From positions 1,440,702-1,504,701 of the forward strand of contig CP070784.1 in the NCBI GenBank assembly GCA_020346605.1: a stretch of DNA of 64,000 bases, in the 5' to 3' direction. The translations under genes were made by a program, and so were the position numbers. Each line of letters opens with the position of its first letter. Position 1 is the stretch's first letter. Of this stretch, positions 18,751-27,033 are shown in pieces. The notes beneath the pieces are model-generated. The model worked only from the letters and a program-made list of their open reading frames with translations. It was not told the origin of the DNA and did not search any database. This stretch comes from Candidatus Bathyarchaeota archaeon (lineage in GTDB: Archaea; Thermoproteota; Bathyarchaeia; TCS64).

Positions 18751-19407
18751 ATGTCTGATGTATTAAGAAGGATCGAAATACCGATTTTTATAACGGCGTT
18801 CTGCACAATACTGCAAGTAATCCCCTACTATTTCAACATACCAGTGATTGACTCGGCCTCGGCAACCATGAGAGACTGGATGCTGTTGGTCGTCAACTGC
18901 GCCGTTTTCGTCGGCGTCGTATCCCTTGGCCAGGTCCACGGAAAGAGGATCCAGAGAAGAGGCCAGCACTGGGAGTACAGCGTAGTCCTAATAGCCTTCA
19001 TGGTTGTCATGGCGCTCGTTGGCTTCCCCCTTGAGATGATCGGGCTCGGCTTCGACAACCCCCAGTACCTGTTCCTCTTCAACAACGTACTCAACCCGCT
19101 TGGTGGCACGATGTACAGTATACTGGCGTTCTTCATCACCTCCGCAGCTTACAGGGCCTTCAGAGCGAGGAACTTCGAAGCAGGTGTAGTACTAGTCTCT
19201 GGAACAATCGTGGTGATGTCAAATGCACCCCTATTCACTTCCTCGCTACCTTTCTTGATCGACTGGAAGAACTGGATCTTCGACGTCCCGAATGCGTCCA
19301 CCGGGAGGGGAGTAATGATTGGTGCTGCGCTCGGCGCCGTCGCCCTCGCTGTGAGGACTCTGATGGGGATCGAGCGAGGCTATCTCCGAGGTGGAGGTGA
19401 GGAGTAG
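18751..19407 (+). CDS. B2: polytopic membrane protein (about 5 helices), family unknown
   Basis: About five hydrophobic segments. The conserved (Y/A)RAFRAR motif is shared with the paralog at 27034..27678. Confidence 0.7.
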   Translation: MSDVLRRIEIPIFITAFCTILQVIPYYFNIPVIDSASATMRDWMLLVVNCAVFVGVVSLGQVHGKRIQRRGQHWEYSVVLIAFMVVMALVGFPLEMIGLGFDNPQYLFLFNNVLNPLGGTMYSILAFFITSAAYRAFRARNFEAGVVLVSGTIVVMSNAPLFTSSLPFLIDWKNWIFDVPNASTGRGVMIGAALGAVALAVRTLMGIERGYLRGGGEE

Positions 19408-19409
19408 AG

Positions 19410-20258
19410 ATGTCTATACTGGATAGGATGCAGAACATCGACCGCCGGTATATCTACTTGGCGGGCTGGCTCTTCGTCTTATTCCCGCTCATGAATCCTC
19501 TTGGACTACCTGTACCCATCGGAAGGGAGTCCAGAGTCTGGTACCAGTACATCGAAGACATACCCAACGATAGCGTCATAATGTTCAGCATGGACTACGG
19601 TGTCTCGGGGATGCCCGAGCTTTACCCGATGACAGTCGCTACGATGCACCACTTATGGTCCAACGCACAGGCAAAGAACTGGAAGATAATCGTGATAGCC
19701 TTCTGGAACCAGGGACCACTCGTCTTCGACACGCTTCTGGGTCAGATAGATCCAGCCGAAAGGTACGGCGTGGTCTACGGTGAGGACTGGGTGGAACTTG
19801 GCTGGATTCCAGGTAGTGAGACAGGTATGGCGGCATTCGCAACTGACATATGGGGTCAGACCCCACGGGACTACCTCGAGGACAGACCCATCTCAGAATA
19901 CCCGATAATGGAGAACGTGAGGACGGCTGAGGACGTAGATCTCGTAATCAGCATAGAGACCGGTACGCCTGGCCTGCCCGAGTGGCTGCGCCAGTGGAAC
20001 GACCCCTTCGGCGTGCCCTTCATCGTGGGCTGCATCGGCGTATCGGTGCCCGGCATGGCGCCCTACCTGGCCTCGGGCCAGCTCTCGGCGCTGATGCCAG
20101 GCCTGACGTCGAGTGGTGAGTACGAGATACTGCTCAACAGACCCGGACTAGCCGTAGCAGGCCTCGACGCTGTGTCCATGTCCCACCTGCTGGTCGTATT
20201 TCTGGTGCTTATAGGTAACATCGCATACTTCGCCTCTAGAGGCAAGGAGGGCAGCTGA
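19410..20258 (+). CDS. B3: bitopic membrane protein with a central polar domain, family unknown
   Basis: ATG 2 nt after the B2 stop, with GGTGGAGGTGAGGAG upstream. N-terminal helix YLAGWLFVLFPLMNPLG and C-terminal helix LLVVFLVLIGNIAYFA. Paralog at 26169..27032. Confidence 0.7.
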   Translation: MSILDRMQNIDRRYIYLAGWLFVLFPLMNPLGLPVPIGRESRVWYQYIEDIPNDSVIMFSMDYGVSGMPELYPMTVATMHHLWSNAQAKNWKIIVIAFWNQGPLVFDTLLGQIDPAERYGVVYGEDWVELGWIPGSETGMAAFATDIWGQTPRDYLEDRPISEYPIMENVRTAEDVDLVISIETGTPGLPEWLRQWNDPFGVPFIVGCIGVSVPGMAPYLASGQLSALMPGLTSSGEYEILLNRPGLAVAGLDAVSMSHLLVVFLVLIGNIAYFASRGKEGS

Positions 20259-20259
20259 G

Positions 20260-20970
20260 ATGTGGGAGCTAATTGGAATCTGGGCTGCGGTCTTCTTCAC
20301 TCTGGCGATCTACAGCTTCCTCTATGGCGAGAACCCCTGGTTCCGCCTCGCAGAGCACATCTACGCCGGCGTATCGGTGGGCTACTCCGTGGCCTTCAAC
20401 CTCGACTACCTACGTGACCAATGGGTAAACAAGTGGTCCCTAAATGGGACTCTGATGTTGCTGTACGTCATCGCCATCTTGTTCGGGCTCCTATGGTATG
20501 CCAGGTTCACGCGGGAGTACTTCTTTGCCTACCGCTGGACCCTGGCCATCATCGTAGGGACCGGAATCGGGATGGCGCTGAGGACGGTGATCTTCACGCA
20601 GTTCCTGAACCAGATTATCGCCCAGTCAAACCTCTCACTGTGGGTGGCCGGCGACATCATAGGGACTGTCAGCAACATACTGATCGCAATAATGGTACCC
20701 AGCGTGCTGCTCTACTTCTGGTTTACAGGCGGACAGCGCGAGACGGGCGGAATGTACTACGTCGACAGGATCGCACGCTACACAATGATGGCTGGCTTCG
20801 GAGCCGCCTACGGATACACTGTACTGACCAGGTACTCGCTGTTCATCGGACGTTCCCAGTTCCTGCTGGGGATCACGCCGAACCCACCGGAGGCGAGGAT
20901 GGCGTTTTACGTCATCGCCGGTGTGATACTGATAACGCTCATCGGAAGGGATTTCCTGAAGAGATCCTAA
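20260..20970 (+). CDS. B4: polytopic membrane protein (about 6 helices), family unknown
   Basis: ATG 1 nt after the B3 stop, with AAGGAGGG upstream. The conserved LRT.IFT.FL.QI segment is shared with the paralog at 25446..26156. Confidence 0.7.
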   Translation: MWELIGIWAAVFFTLAIYSFLYGENPWFRLAEHIYAGVSVGYSVAFNLDYLRDQWVNKWSLNGTLMLLYVIAILFGLLWYARFTREYFFAYRWTLAIIVGTGIGMALRTVIFTQFLNQIIAQSNLSLWVAGDIIGTVSNILIAIMVPSVLLYFWFTGGQRETGGMYYVDRIARYTMMAGFGAAYGYTVLTRYSLFIGRSQFLLGITPNPPEARMAFYVIAGVILITLIGRDFLKRS

Positions 20971-20985
20971 TCAAGAACCGCACAA

Positions 20986-21007
20986 CCCCCTCCCTTTTTT
21001 ACATTTT
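20986..21007 (+). terminator. oligo-T terminator after B4 (CCCCCTCCCTTTTTTACATTTT)
   Basis: A C-rich tract then T6, 16-30 nt after the TAA stop. The same CCCTTTTTTACATTTT 16-mer follows the paralogous B4' gene. Confidence 0.5.
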
Positions 21008-21198
21008 AACTGAGTACCCAGTGACGATCATGCAACATTAGCTAGGGGATGGCTCACCACCGTATAGGGCTTAGGACCAGCCGATGAAGTCACGGGGCCG
21101 ACCTGGGTCGGTCTCAGGGGCTCACAGCGTGTGTAGTCTCAGCATACATGTATAGGGATATACACCTTCAACCCCCCTTGAACCATGGTCGTACGGGG

Positions 21199-22275
21199 AT
21201 GGCTAGAGCAATCAAGGTAGCTGTGCTGCCGGGTGACGGCATTGGGCCGGAGGTGACGCGCGAGGCGGTCAAGGTCCTTACTGCCACGGGCCTCGACTTC
21301 GAGTTCATGGAGAGACAGGTGGGCGGAAAGGCGTACATCGAGACCGGCGACCCCCTGCCTGAGGATGCGAAGGAGGCCTGCGATGAGGCCGACGCCGTGC
21401 TCTTCGGCGCAGTGGAGCATCACTACGCACCCTACGGGATACCCAGGAAGGTCCTGATCTACCTCAGGATGGAGAAGGACGCTTACGCCAATGTCCGCCC
21501 CCTAAAACTCTACCCGGGCGTCTTCCCGAAGCACAGCGCCCCCACGTGGAAGGATATCGACGTGGTCATCATCAGGGACAACGCCGAGGGCTTCGCCCTC
21601 AAGCACGAGGGCCACCTCTGGGACGACATGGGCGTCGACAAGCGTGTGATCACGCAGCTCAGGGCGCAGCAGGTCAACATGTACGTCTATAACTACGCCG
21701 CTAAGCACGGCAGGAGAAAGATCACCTGCGTAGACAAGAGCACCTGGCTTTACGCAGATAGGCTCTTTAGGAGCGCCTTCAAGAAGGTCGAGGAGGCTTA
21801 CCCCGACATCGAGAGGGAGCACCTCAACGTCGACATCGCGGCGATGCTCCAGACCCAGGACCCAGGGCGGTTCGACGTCGTCATCACCCCTGACATCTAC
21901 GGCGACATCCTCTCCGGGGTTGTCATCGGCCAGATCGGAGGCCTTGGCATGGCCCCTTCTGCCTGCATCGGCGAGGATTTCGCTTTCTTCGAGCCGGTCC
22001 ACGGAACAGCCTGGGACATAGCCGGCAAGGGCGTCGCAAACCCCATCGCCTCCATCCTCTCGGCTAAGCTGATGCTCGAGTGGCTCGGAGAGGAGAGGGC
22101 CGCCCAAGCCGTCGAATCAGCTGTCAGCGCCGTTCTCGCTGAGGGAAGCGTGAGGACTCCAGACATCGGTGGGAGCTCAAACACCTCCGAGATGGGAGAT
22201 GCAATCGCCAGAAACGTCGAAACTGTAACACCCAGCTCGGTCGCAGAGCTGCAGAAGGTTGAAACGGACCAGTAG
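21199..22275 (+). CDS. isocitrate/3-isopropylmalate dehydrogenase family protein
   Basis: Start re-picked at MARAIKVAVLPGDGIGPEV (ATG at 21199). Family signatures DNAEGF, ITPDIYGDILSG and FEPVHGTAWDIAGKGVANP. Confidence 0.85.
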   Translation: MARAIKVAVLPGDGIGPEVTREAVKVLTATGLDFEFMERQVGGKAYIETGDPLPEDAKEACDEADAVLFGAVEHHYAPYGIPRKVLIYLRMEKDAYANVRPLKLYPGVFPKHSAPTWKDIDVVIIRDNAEGFALKHEGHLWDDMGVDKRVITQLRAQQVNMYVYNYAAKHGRRKITCVDKSTWLYADRLFRSAFKKVEEAYPDIEREHLNVDIAAMLQTQDPGRFDVVITPDIYGDILSGVVIGQIGGLGMAPSACIGEDFAFFEPVHGTAWDIAGKGVANPIASILSAKLMLEWLGEERAAQAVESAVSAVLAEGSVRTPDIGGSSNTSEMGDAIARNVETVTPSSVAELQKVETDQ

Positions 22276-22298
22276 CTGCATCGGACGAAAAGCTGTTC

Positions 22299-23585
22299 TC
22301 AGTCTACGATCTGACCGACCAGGTAGCCGGTACCAGCCTCCGTCACCCTGACCTTTACGATCTCTCCCAGCTCCAGCGGCTCCTTGATCACGACCGGCTT
22401 GTAGGCGTTGTTCCTCCCCACCATCGAGCCGTCCCGGCCCTGCTCGTCGACGACCACCTCCCCCATCCACCCGATCCACCTGCGGTTGATATCCGATGAG
22501 AGGCGCCTCCATCGATCAGACATGCGCCTCGACCTCATCTTTGTCACCCGCCCGTGGTGCTGGCCCTCCATCGCTTCCGCCTCAGTTCCCGGCCTGGGCC
22601 AGAACCGTGAAATGTTGAGCACGTCGGGGACTACCTCCTCCACGAGCCGTATGGAGTCGTCGAACTGCCCATCCGTCTCCCCGGGGAAGCCGCAGATGAT
22701 GTCCGTGGAGAGGCTCAGGGACGGATAAGCGCCTCTGAAGGCCCCAACGAGGGCCCTGAAGGTGTCGACGGTGTACCTCCTGTTCATCGCCGTGAGGACG
22801 CTGTCGTTCCCGGACTGAACGGGGGCGTGGAGGAACTTGTAGACCTTCCCTGACCTGTAGGCCTCAAGGAGGTCGTCGAGGATGGAGCCCGCTTGGTTCG
22901 GCGTCATCATCCCTACTCGAATATAGAACTTCCCGTCCATGGCAGTGAGCTCCTCGAGGAGTCCGGGGAGGCGTGTGCCATTCCAGTGGTATGCGGCCGT
23001 GTCCTCGGCGGTGAGCCAGATCTCCCTGCAGCCCTCCTCCAAGGCCCTCTTGGCGTCCTCTACGATGAGGTCTGCCGGGTAAGAGTGGATGCGCCCCCTA
23101 GCCCTCTTAACTATGCAGTAGCTGCAGTCCCCGAGGCAACCTGTAGATATCGGGGCGATGTGGACGACGGGGTTTGCCCTCACCCTGGGAAGGCAGGTCC
23201 TCTCCGCAGGCCCTCTGCTGTTCTCCACGATCCTCTTGCCCCTAATAGCGGCCTCGACTGCGTCGACGATGCCGAGCAGGTCGTCAGGTCCCACCATGCA
23301 GGCGTCTGGCGCTGCCCCCTCAACGAGCTCCGGCTGGGCCTTTGGCATGCAGCCTGCGACCACCAGAGGCACCTTAGATGCGGATAGCTCACTGATGCGT
23401 TTCACCACTCGTTTCTCGGTGGGCGTTTTAACGGTGCACGTTAGAACGACTAAGGCGTCGGCGATCTCAGGCGAGCCCACGACAGTGTGCCCAGCTTGGT
23501 CAAGGAGCCCCGAGGCTATCTCGGCGTCGGCCTGGTTCGCGCTGCAGCCGAAGACCTCAACGAATACCCGCGCCAGGCCGACCAC
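22299..23585 (-). CDS. MiaB-like tRNA methylthiotransferase, archaeal MtaB/CDKAL1 type
   Basis: UPF0004 N-domain VFVEVFGCSANQADAE. Radical SAM CLGDCSYCIVK. C-terminal TRAM-like domain (VKVRVTEAGTGYLVGQ). GTG start at 23585. Confidence 0.85.
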   Translation of the reverse strand: MVGLARVFVEVFGCSANQADAEIASGLLDQAGHTVVGSPEIADALVVLTCTVKTPTEKRVVKRISELSASKVPLVVAGCMPKAQPELVEGAAPDACMVGPDDLLGIVDAVEAAIRGKRIVENSRGPAERTCLPRVRANPVVHIAPISTGCLGDCSYCIVKRARGRIHSYPADLIVEDAKRALEEGCREIWLTAEDTAAYHWNGTRLPGLLEELTAMDGKFYIRVGMMTPNQAGSILDDLLEAYRSGKVYKFLHAPVQSGNDSVLTAMNRRYTVDTFRALVGAFRGAYPSLSLSTDIICGFPGETDGQFDDSIRLVEEVVPDVLNISRFWPRPGTEAEAMEGQHHGRVTKMRSRRMSDRWRRLSSDINRRWIGWMGEVVVDEQGRDGSMVGRNNAYKPVVIKEPLELGEIVKVRVTEAGTGYLVGQIVD

Positions 23586-24084
23586 ACTCCGCCTGATCGT
23601 GGTCTGAGCCCCTAAATAAACCGTGTGCGGAAGGTGGTGGATAGGGGGTTCACCTCCGATTTTTTGATGCTTCCTTTTTTTGTAATCGTTGTTCGAAAAA
23701 CTCGAAGACCGGCGAATTTATAAGGGGTTTTTTGATACCTCGTTTTGATAATAACGAAGCAGGTTGGTACGGAAATTATGATCATTATGTTAAAACACGG
23801 ATATGAATAATGGCGAAATTAAGCGAGACGGTCTGGGAAAGAGGGGCTATTTTCCGGGGATTCGGACGAAAATTGTGGTTTTATGCATGTATATGTTAAG
23901 ATATAAATATAGTAAATATTGTTTTTTGCCCTTTTTTGTTAAACTGGATTACCTCTCGTAAGACAGACGTTATTAGTAGTATGGCCATAGTTTAGATTAA
24001 TTCAGATATTATCCGATCAGATGGGACAATCTGAGACTTGGAGCGACAACGCTTTCGGTAGTATCTGGTGGAGGCATCACTGTA
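23586..24084. promoter_or_regulatory. long AT-rich divergent intergenic region upstream of ftsZ and of the methylthiotransferase gene
   Basis: About 500 bp of strongly AT-rich sequence with several TATA-like boxes, for example TTTATAA near 23718 and GATATAAATATA at 23900-23911. GGTGGAGG lies 10 nt before the ftsZ ATG. Confidence 0.5.
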
Positions 24085-25203
24085 ATGGTATTAATGGAGA
24101 AGGCGCTGAGCTGGACACGCCACGAGGTGGACAGCAAGGGGCTTAGAAGACCCGGGGAGTGCAAGATCGTCATCATAGGCGTAGGTGGCTGTGGCAACAA
24201 CACCATTGACAGGCTCATGAAGTCTGGGATGAACGGTGCCGAGTGCATCGCCATAAATACCGACGTGCAGCACCTCAACAACATCCACGCTGACAAGAGG
24301 ATCCTCATCGGTGAGAAGATCACACGAGGCTTAGGCGCGGGGAACATGCCCAACATAGGCGAGGATGCGATGAAGGAGAGCTCTAACGTCATCGAGCGCC
24401 TCATCGAGGGCGCAGACATCGTCTTTATCACGGCCGGAATGGGCGGAGGCACCGGAACGGGTGCGGCCCCAGTGGTCGCCGAGCTCGCAAAGGAAAACGG
24501 CGCCATCGTCGTCGGCGTGGTCACCATGCCCTTCAGACACGAGAAGGGGCGCTTCAACTACGCCCGGGAGGGGCTCAACAAGATAAGGAAGACCACCCAC
24601 ACAACCGTCATCATCGACAACAACAAGCTGATGGACCTAGTCCCCCAGCTCCCCATAAACACGGCGTTCACCTTCGCCGACAGTATCCTCGCCAACATGG
24701 TGAAGGGGATCGTGGAGACCATAGCCCTCCCGAGCCTCATCAACCTAGACTTCGCAGATTTCCGCACCATAATGACCAAGGGAGACGTCGCCATCGTCGG
24801 CATGGGGCAGAGCAACAGCCCCGAGCGTGCTGAGGAGGCCGCCCGGAACGCCCTGGAGCACATGCTGCTGGACGTCGACTACGCGGGCGCAGACGGAGCT
24901 CTGATCCACGTCAGCGGTGGCCCAGACATGAGCCTCGGCGAGGCAGTACGTGCCGCCGAGTGCGTCACTGAGATGATGGACGACAAGGCGATGGTGATCT
25001 GGGGCTCCAGGGTCGACCCCGACATGAACGACATGCTCAGGGTCACTCTGGTCCTCACCGGGATCCGCTCCCCCCAGCTGGTGAGCGGCTACGAGGTCCC
25101 ACAGGTCAAGCTCTACCAGCTGGAGCCCTACGCCGGGCCCGAGAGAATCCTGGGACTGGAGCTAGGCCTCTACGACATGGAGAGCCCCTTCAACCTCGAC
25201 TGA
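24085..25203 (+). CDS. ftsZ: cell division protein FtsZ
   Basis: Tubulin/FtsZ signatures IIGVGGCGNNTIDRL, GLGAGNMPNIG and ITAGMGGGTGTGAAPVVA. Confidence 0.95.
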   Translation: MVLMEKALSWTRHEVDSKGLRRPGECKIVIIGVGGCGNNTIDRLMKSGMNGAECIAINTDVQHLNNIHADKRILIGEKITRGLGAGNMPNIGEDAMKESSNVIERLIEGADIVFITAGMGGGTGTGAAPVVAELAKENGAIVVGVVTMPFRHEKGRFNYAREGLNKIRKTTHTTVIIDNNKLMDLVPQLPINTAFTFADSILANMVKGIVETIALPSLINLDFADFRTIMTKGDVAIVGMGQSNSPERAEEAARNALEHMLLDVDYAGADGALIHVSGGPDMSLGEAVRAAECVTEMMDDKAMVIWGSRVDPDMNDMLRVTLVLTGIRSPQLVSGYEVPQVKLYQLEPYAGPERILGLELGLYDMESPFNLD

Positions 25204-25210
25204 ACGCCTA

Positions 25211-25222
25211 CCCCTTTTTTAC
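25211..25222 (+). terminator. oligo-T terminator after ftsZ (CCCCTTTTTTAC)
   Basis: A C-rich tract plus T6 starting 8 nt after the TGA stop. Confidence 0.45.
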
Positions 25223-25425
25223 TCACCCATTGTTCGACGGATTTCTTGTCATGATGAGACGATTTTTCGAGGTTCGTCAAGAGAGAAAGATTGAGTCGAT
25301 CTTCGACGACGCCCTCCACATCTCGGGAGCTTAAAACGTCTCCAACGTGGCAGTGGATGCCTGCTCGTTGGATTATCTCATCAGCGATTGGGGCGAGCCT
25401 CTAGTTCTCACTAATGATGCTCCAC

Positions 25426-25444
25426 AAAATGTAAAAAAGGGGGG
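25426..25444 (-). terminator. oligo-T terminator after B4' (CCCCCCTTTTTTACATTTT on the minus strand)
   Basis: It directly follows the TAA stop at 25446-25448. It shares an identical 16-mer with the copy-1 terminator. Confidence 0.5.
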
Positions 25445-25445
25445 T

Positions 25446-26156
25446 TTAACCTGCTGAAAGTTTCTCTCCTAGGCCTGTCTTGTCGAAGACTATCGCTGCT
25501 ATCAGGCAGATCACTGCCGAGCCGACGGTGTAGGTCACCTTCCAGTCCGGCGTAGTCAGGCTCTCCATGTAACCGACGAAGAGCCCCAGCCTTCCCATGA
25601 ATGTCTGTGAGAAGATGGCCCCGAAGCCGATGTACATGAGGTACTCCCCTATCTTGGATGTCCAGAGGAGTGGTCCCGTGAGCTCCATGGTGTAGAGGAA
25701 GAACGTCAGTATCGTGACCACAGAGACCGCCACGGTGAGCCTGTAGAGGAACTCCAAGGGCACGCCAGTCCACAGCTTGACGATGGTCGCGTCTATCTGC
25801 CTGAGGAACGACGTGAAGATCTGTGTCCTGAGGGACAGGGCTAGGCCCGTCCCCACGGTGAAGGCCAGCGGTAGCCTCGAGATGTAGCTGTACGTGGGGT
25901 GAACCCTGAATAGCATCATTAACCCAAATATGATGGAGAAAATGAGGATCCAGTCCCCCGCCTGCATGCCGAGGATGGCTGTGTTCCAGACGTAGGTTAG
26001 GCCGATGACGATGCTGACGCCGGTAGCTGCACCCAGATATGAGAACTCCGCCCACGACCTCAGCGGGTTGGGCTTCCCATAGAGGGTCGTGTACATACAG
26101 AAGGATATGAAGATGCCGACTATTATAATGCTGAACTCCCAAAATTCAACTGCCAT
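25446..26156 (-). CDS. B4': polytopic membrane protein, paralog of 20260..20970
   Basis: Same length (236 aa) and helix pattern. Shares LRTQIFTSFLRQI with LRTVIFTQFLNQI in B4. Confidence 0.7.
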   Translation of the reverse strand: MAVEFWEFSIIIVGIFISFCMYTTLYGKPNPLRSWAEFSYLGAATGVSIVIGLTYVWNTAILGMQAGDWILIFSIIFGLMMLFRVHPTYSYISRLPLAFTVGTGLALSLRTQIFTSFLRQIDATIVKLWTGVPLEFLYRLTVAVSVVTILTFFLYTMELTGPLLWTSKIGEYLMYIGFGAIFSQTFMGRLGLFVGYMESLTTPDWKVTYTVGSAVICLIAAIVFDKTGLGEKLSAG

Positions 26157-26168
26157 TTCTTCATCCTC

Positions 26169-27032
26169 CTACCTGATTCCTGTCCTGTCCCTGTACGCTG
26201 TTTCTCGTGCCCATCCGTAGTGGCCGATGTTTCCGATCACGATGAAGGCCAACAGCATGTAGTGTCCTAAGGTGAACCCGTCCATCGCCTTTAGCCCCGG
26301 GCCAGGAGATCCGATGAGGAACTCCATTTCGGCTCCTCCTCTGGTGCTAGCCAGCACCGCGGTGTAGAGGCCGGCGTCGAGGTTCGCGAGGGCTCCTGGC
26401 ACCGACACGCCGATTGCGTTGACGATCATAGGCGTGTCGTAGGTCAGCACCATGTGCCTTACTATGTTTGTCGTGGCTAGTCCCGTCGTGTAGTCGCTGA
26501 TCATATCAAAGTCACCGGCGTTCTGCACGTCATCGAGGAAAGTCCCCTCGATCGAGTTCCCCTTCCAGTCGACCCTCACGTTGGCGTGGAAGTCCCCTGA
26601 CAAGGCTGCGACTGCAGCCTCGTTGGGCATTGTGTATCCGATGATGACGTAGTCCTCTCCCTCGGTATAGTCGTACCTGTCGAGCCAAGTACTTAGCTCC
26701 TTGAAGACGACATCGGGGATTGCTACACCCTCGAAGTGTCCGAACGCGATGATGAGCTTCACACCCTTCTCGATGAACATCTTGTGTGTGGCGAGTACTC
26801 CTGGCTTCAGCTCCATGTAGCCGCTGTACTCCATGTTCCAGGCGTCGAAGACGATGTCGCCCTCCTGCAGCGTGTTGATCTGGTTGTAATAGTGCTTCGT
26901 CATGGCGCTGACTCCGATGGGCATCCCGATCGGGTTGATCAGCGGTCCCAGAACGACGATGAAGAGGACGAGGTACACCCATCTCTTGTCGTATGTCGCC
27001 ATCAGCTTGAAGATTCCGCCTTCGTCGGCCAT
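26169..27032 (-). CDS. B3': bitopic membrane protein, paralog of 19410..20258
   Basis: Aligns by eye: DKRWVYLVLFIVVLGPLINPIGMP against DRRYIYLAGWLFVLFPLMNPLGLP, and AIGVSVPG against CIGVSVPG. The ATG at 27032 lies 1 nt after the B2' stop; the GTG at 27044 is an alternative start. Confidence 0.7.
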   Translation of the reverse strand: MADEGGIFKLMATYDKRWVYLVLFIVVLGPLINPIGMPIGVSAMTKHYYNQINTLQEGDIVFDAWNMEYSGYMELKPGVLATHKMFIEKGVKLIIAFGHFEGVAIPDVVFKELSTWLDRYDYTEGEDYVIIGYTMPNEAAVAALSGDFHANVRVDWKGNSIEGTFLDDVQNAGDFDMISDYTTGLATTNIVRHMVLTYDTPMIVNAIGVSVPGALANLDAGLYTAVLASTRGGAEMEFLIGSPGPGLKAMDGFTLGHYMLLAFIVIGNIGHYGWARETAYRDRTGIR

Positions 27033-27033
27033 C

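Noticed and set aside
21045-21157. Hairpin GCCGACC-TG-GGTCGGT at 21097-21112, and loosely repeated words (GGCTCAC x2, GTCTCAG x2, TATAGGG x2) between the B4 terminator and the IPMDH-family gene.
   Set aside because: The stem is short with a very tight loop. The word repeats are short and irregularly spaced. I cannot fold a convincing RNA or define a repeat unit by eye. An Rfam or covariance scan would be needed.
25251-25334. ATGATGA box at 25251 suggesting a C/D-box sRNA, or a 27-codon ORF (MMRRFFEVRQERKIESIFDDALHISGA) between ftsZ and B4'.
   Set aside because: There is no CUGA D or D' box at the right spacing and no terminal stem. The ORF has no Shine-Dalgarno and no recognisable features. 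It is kept only as a note.
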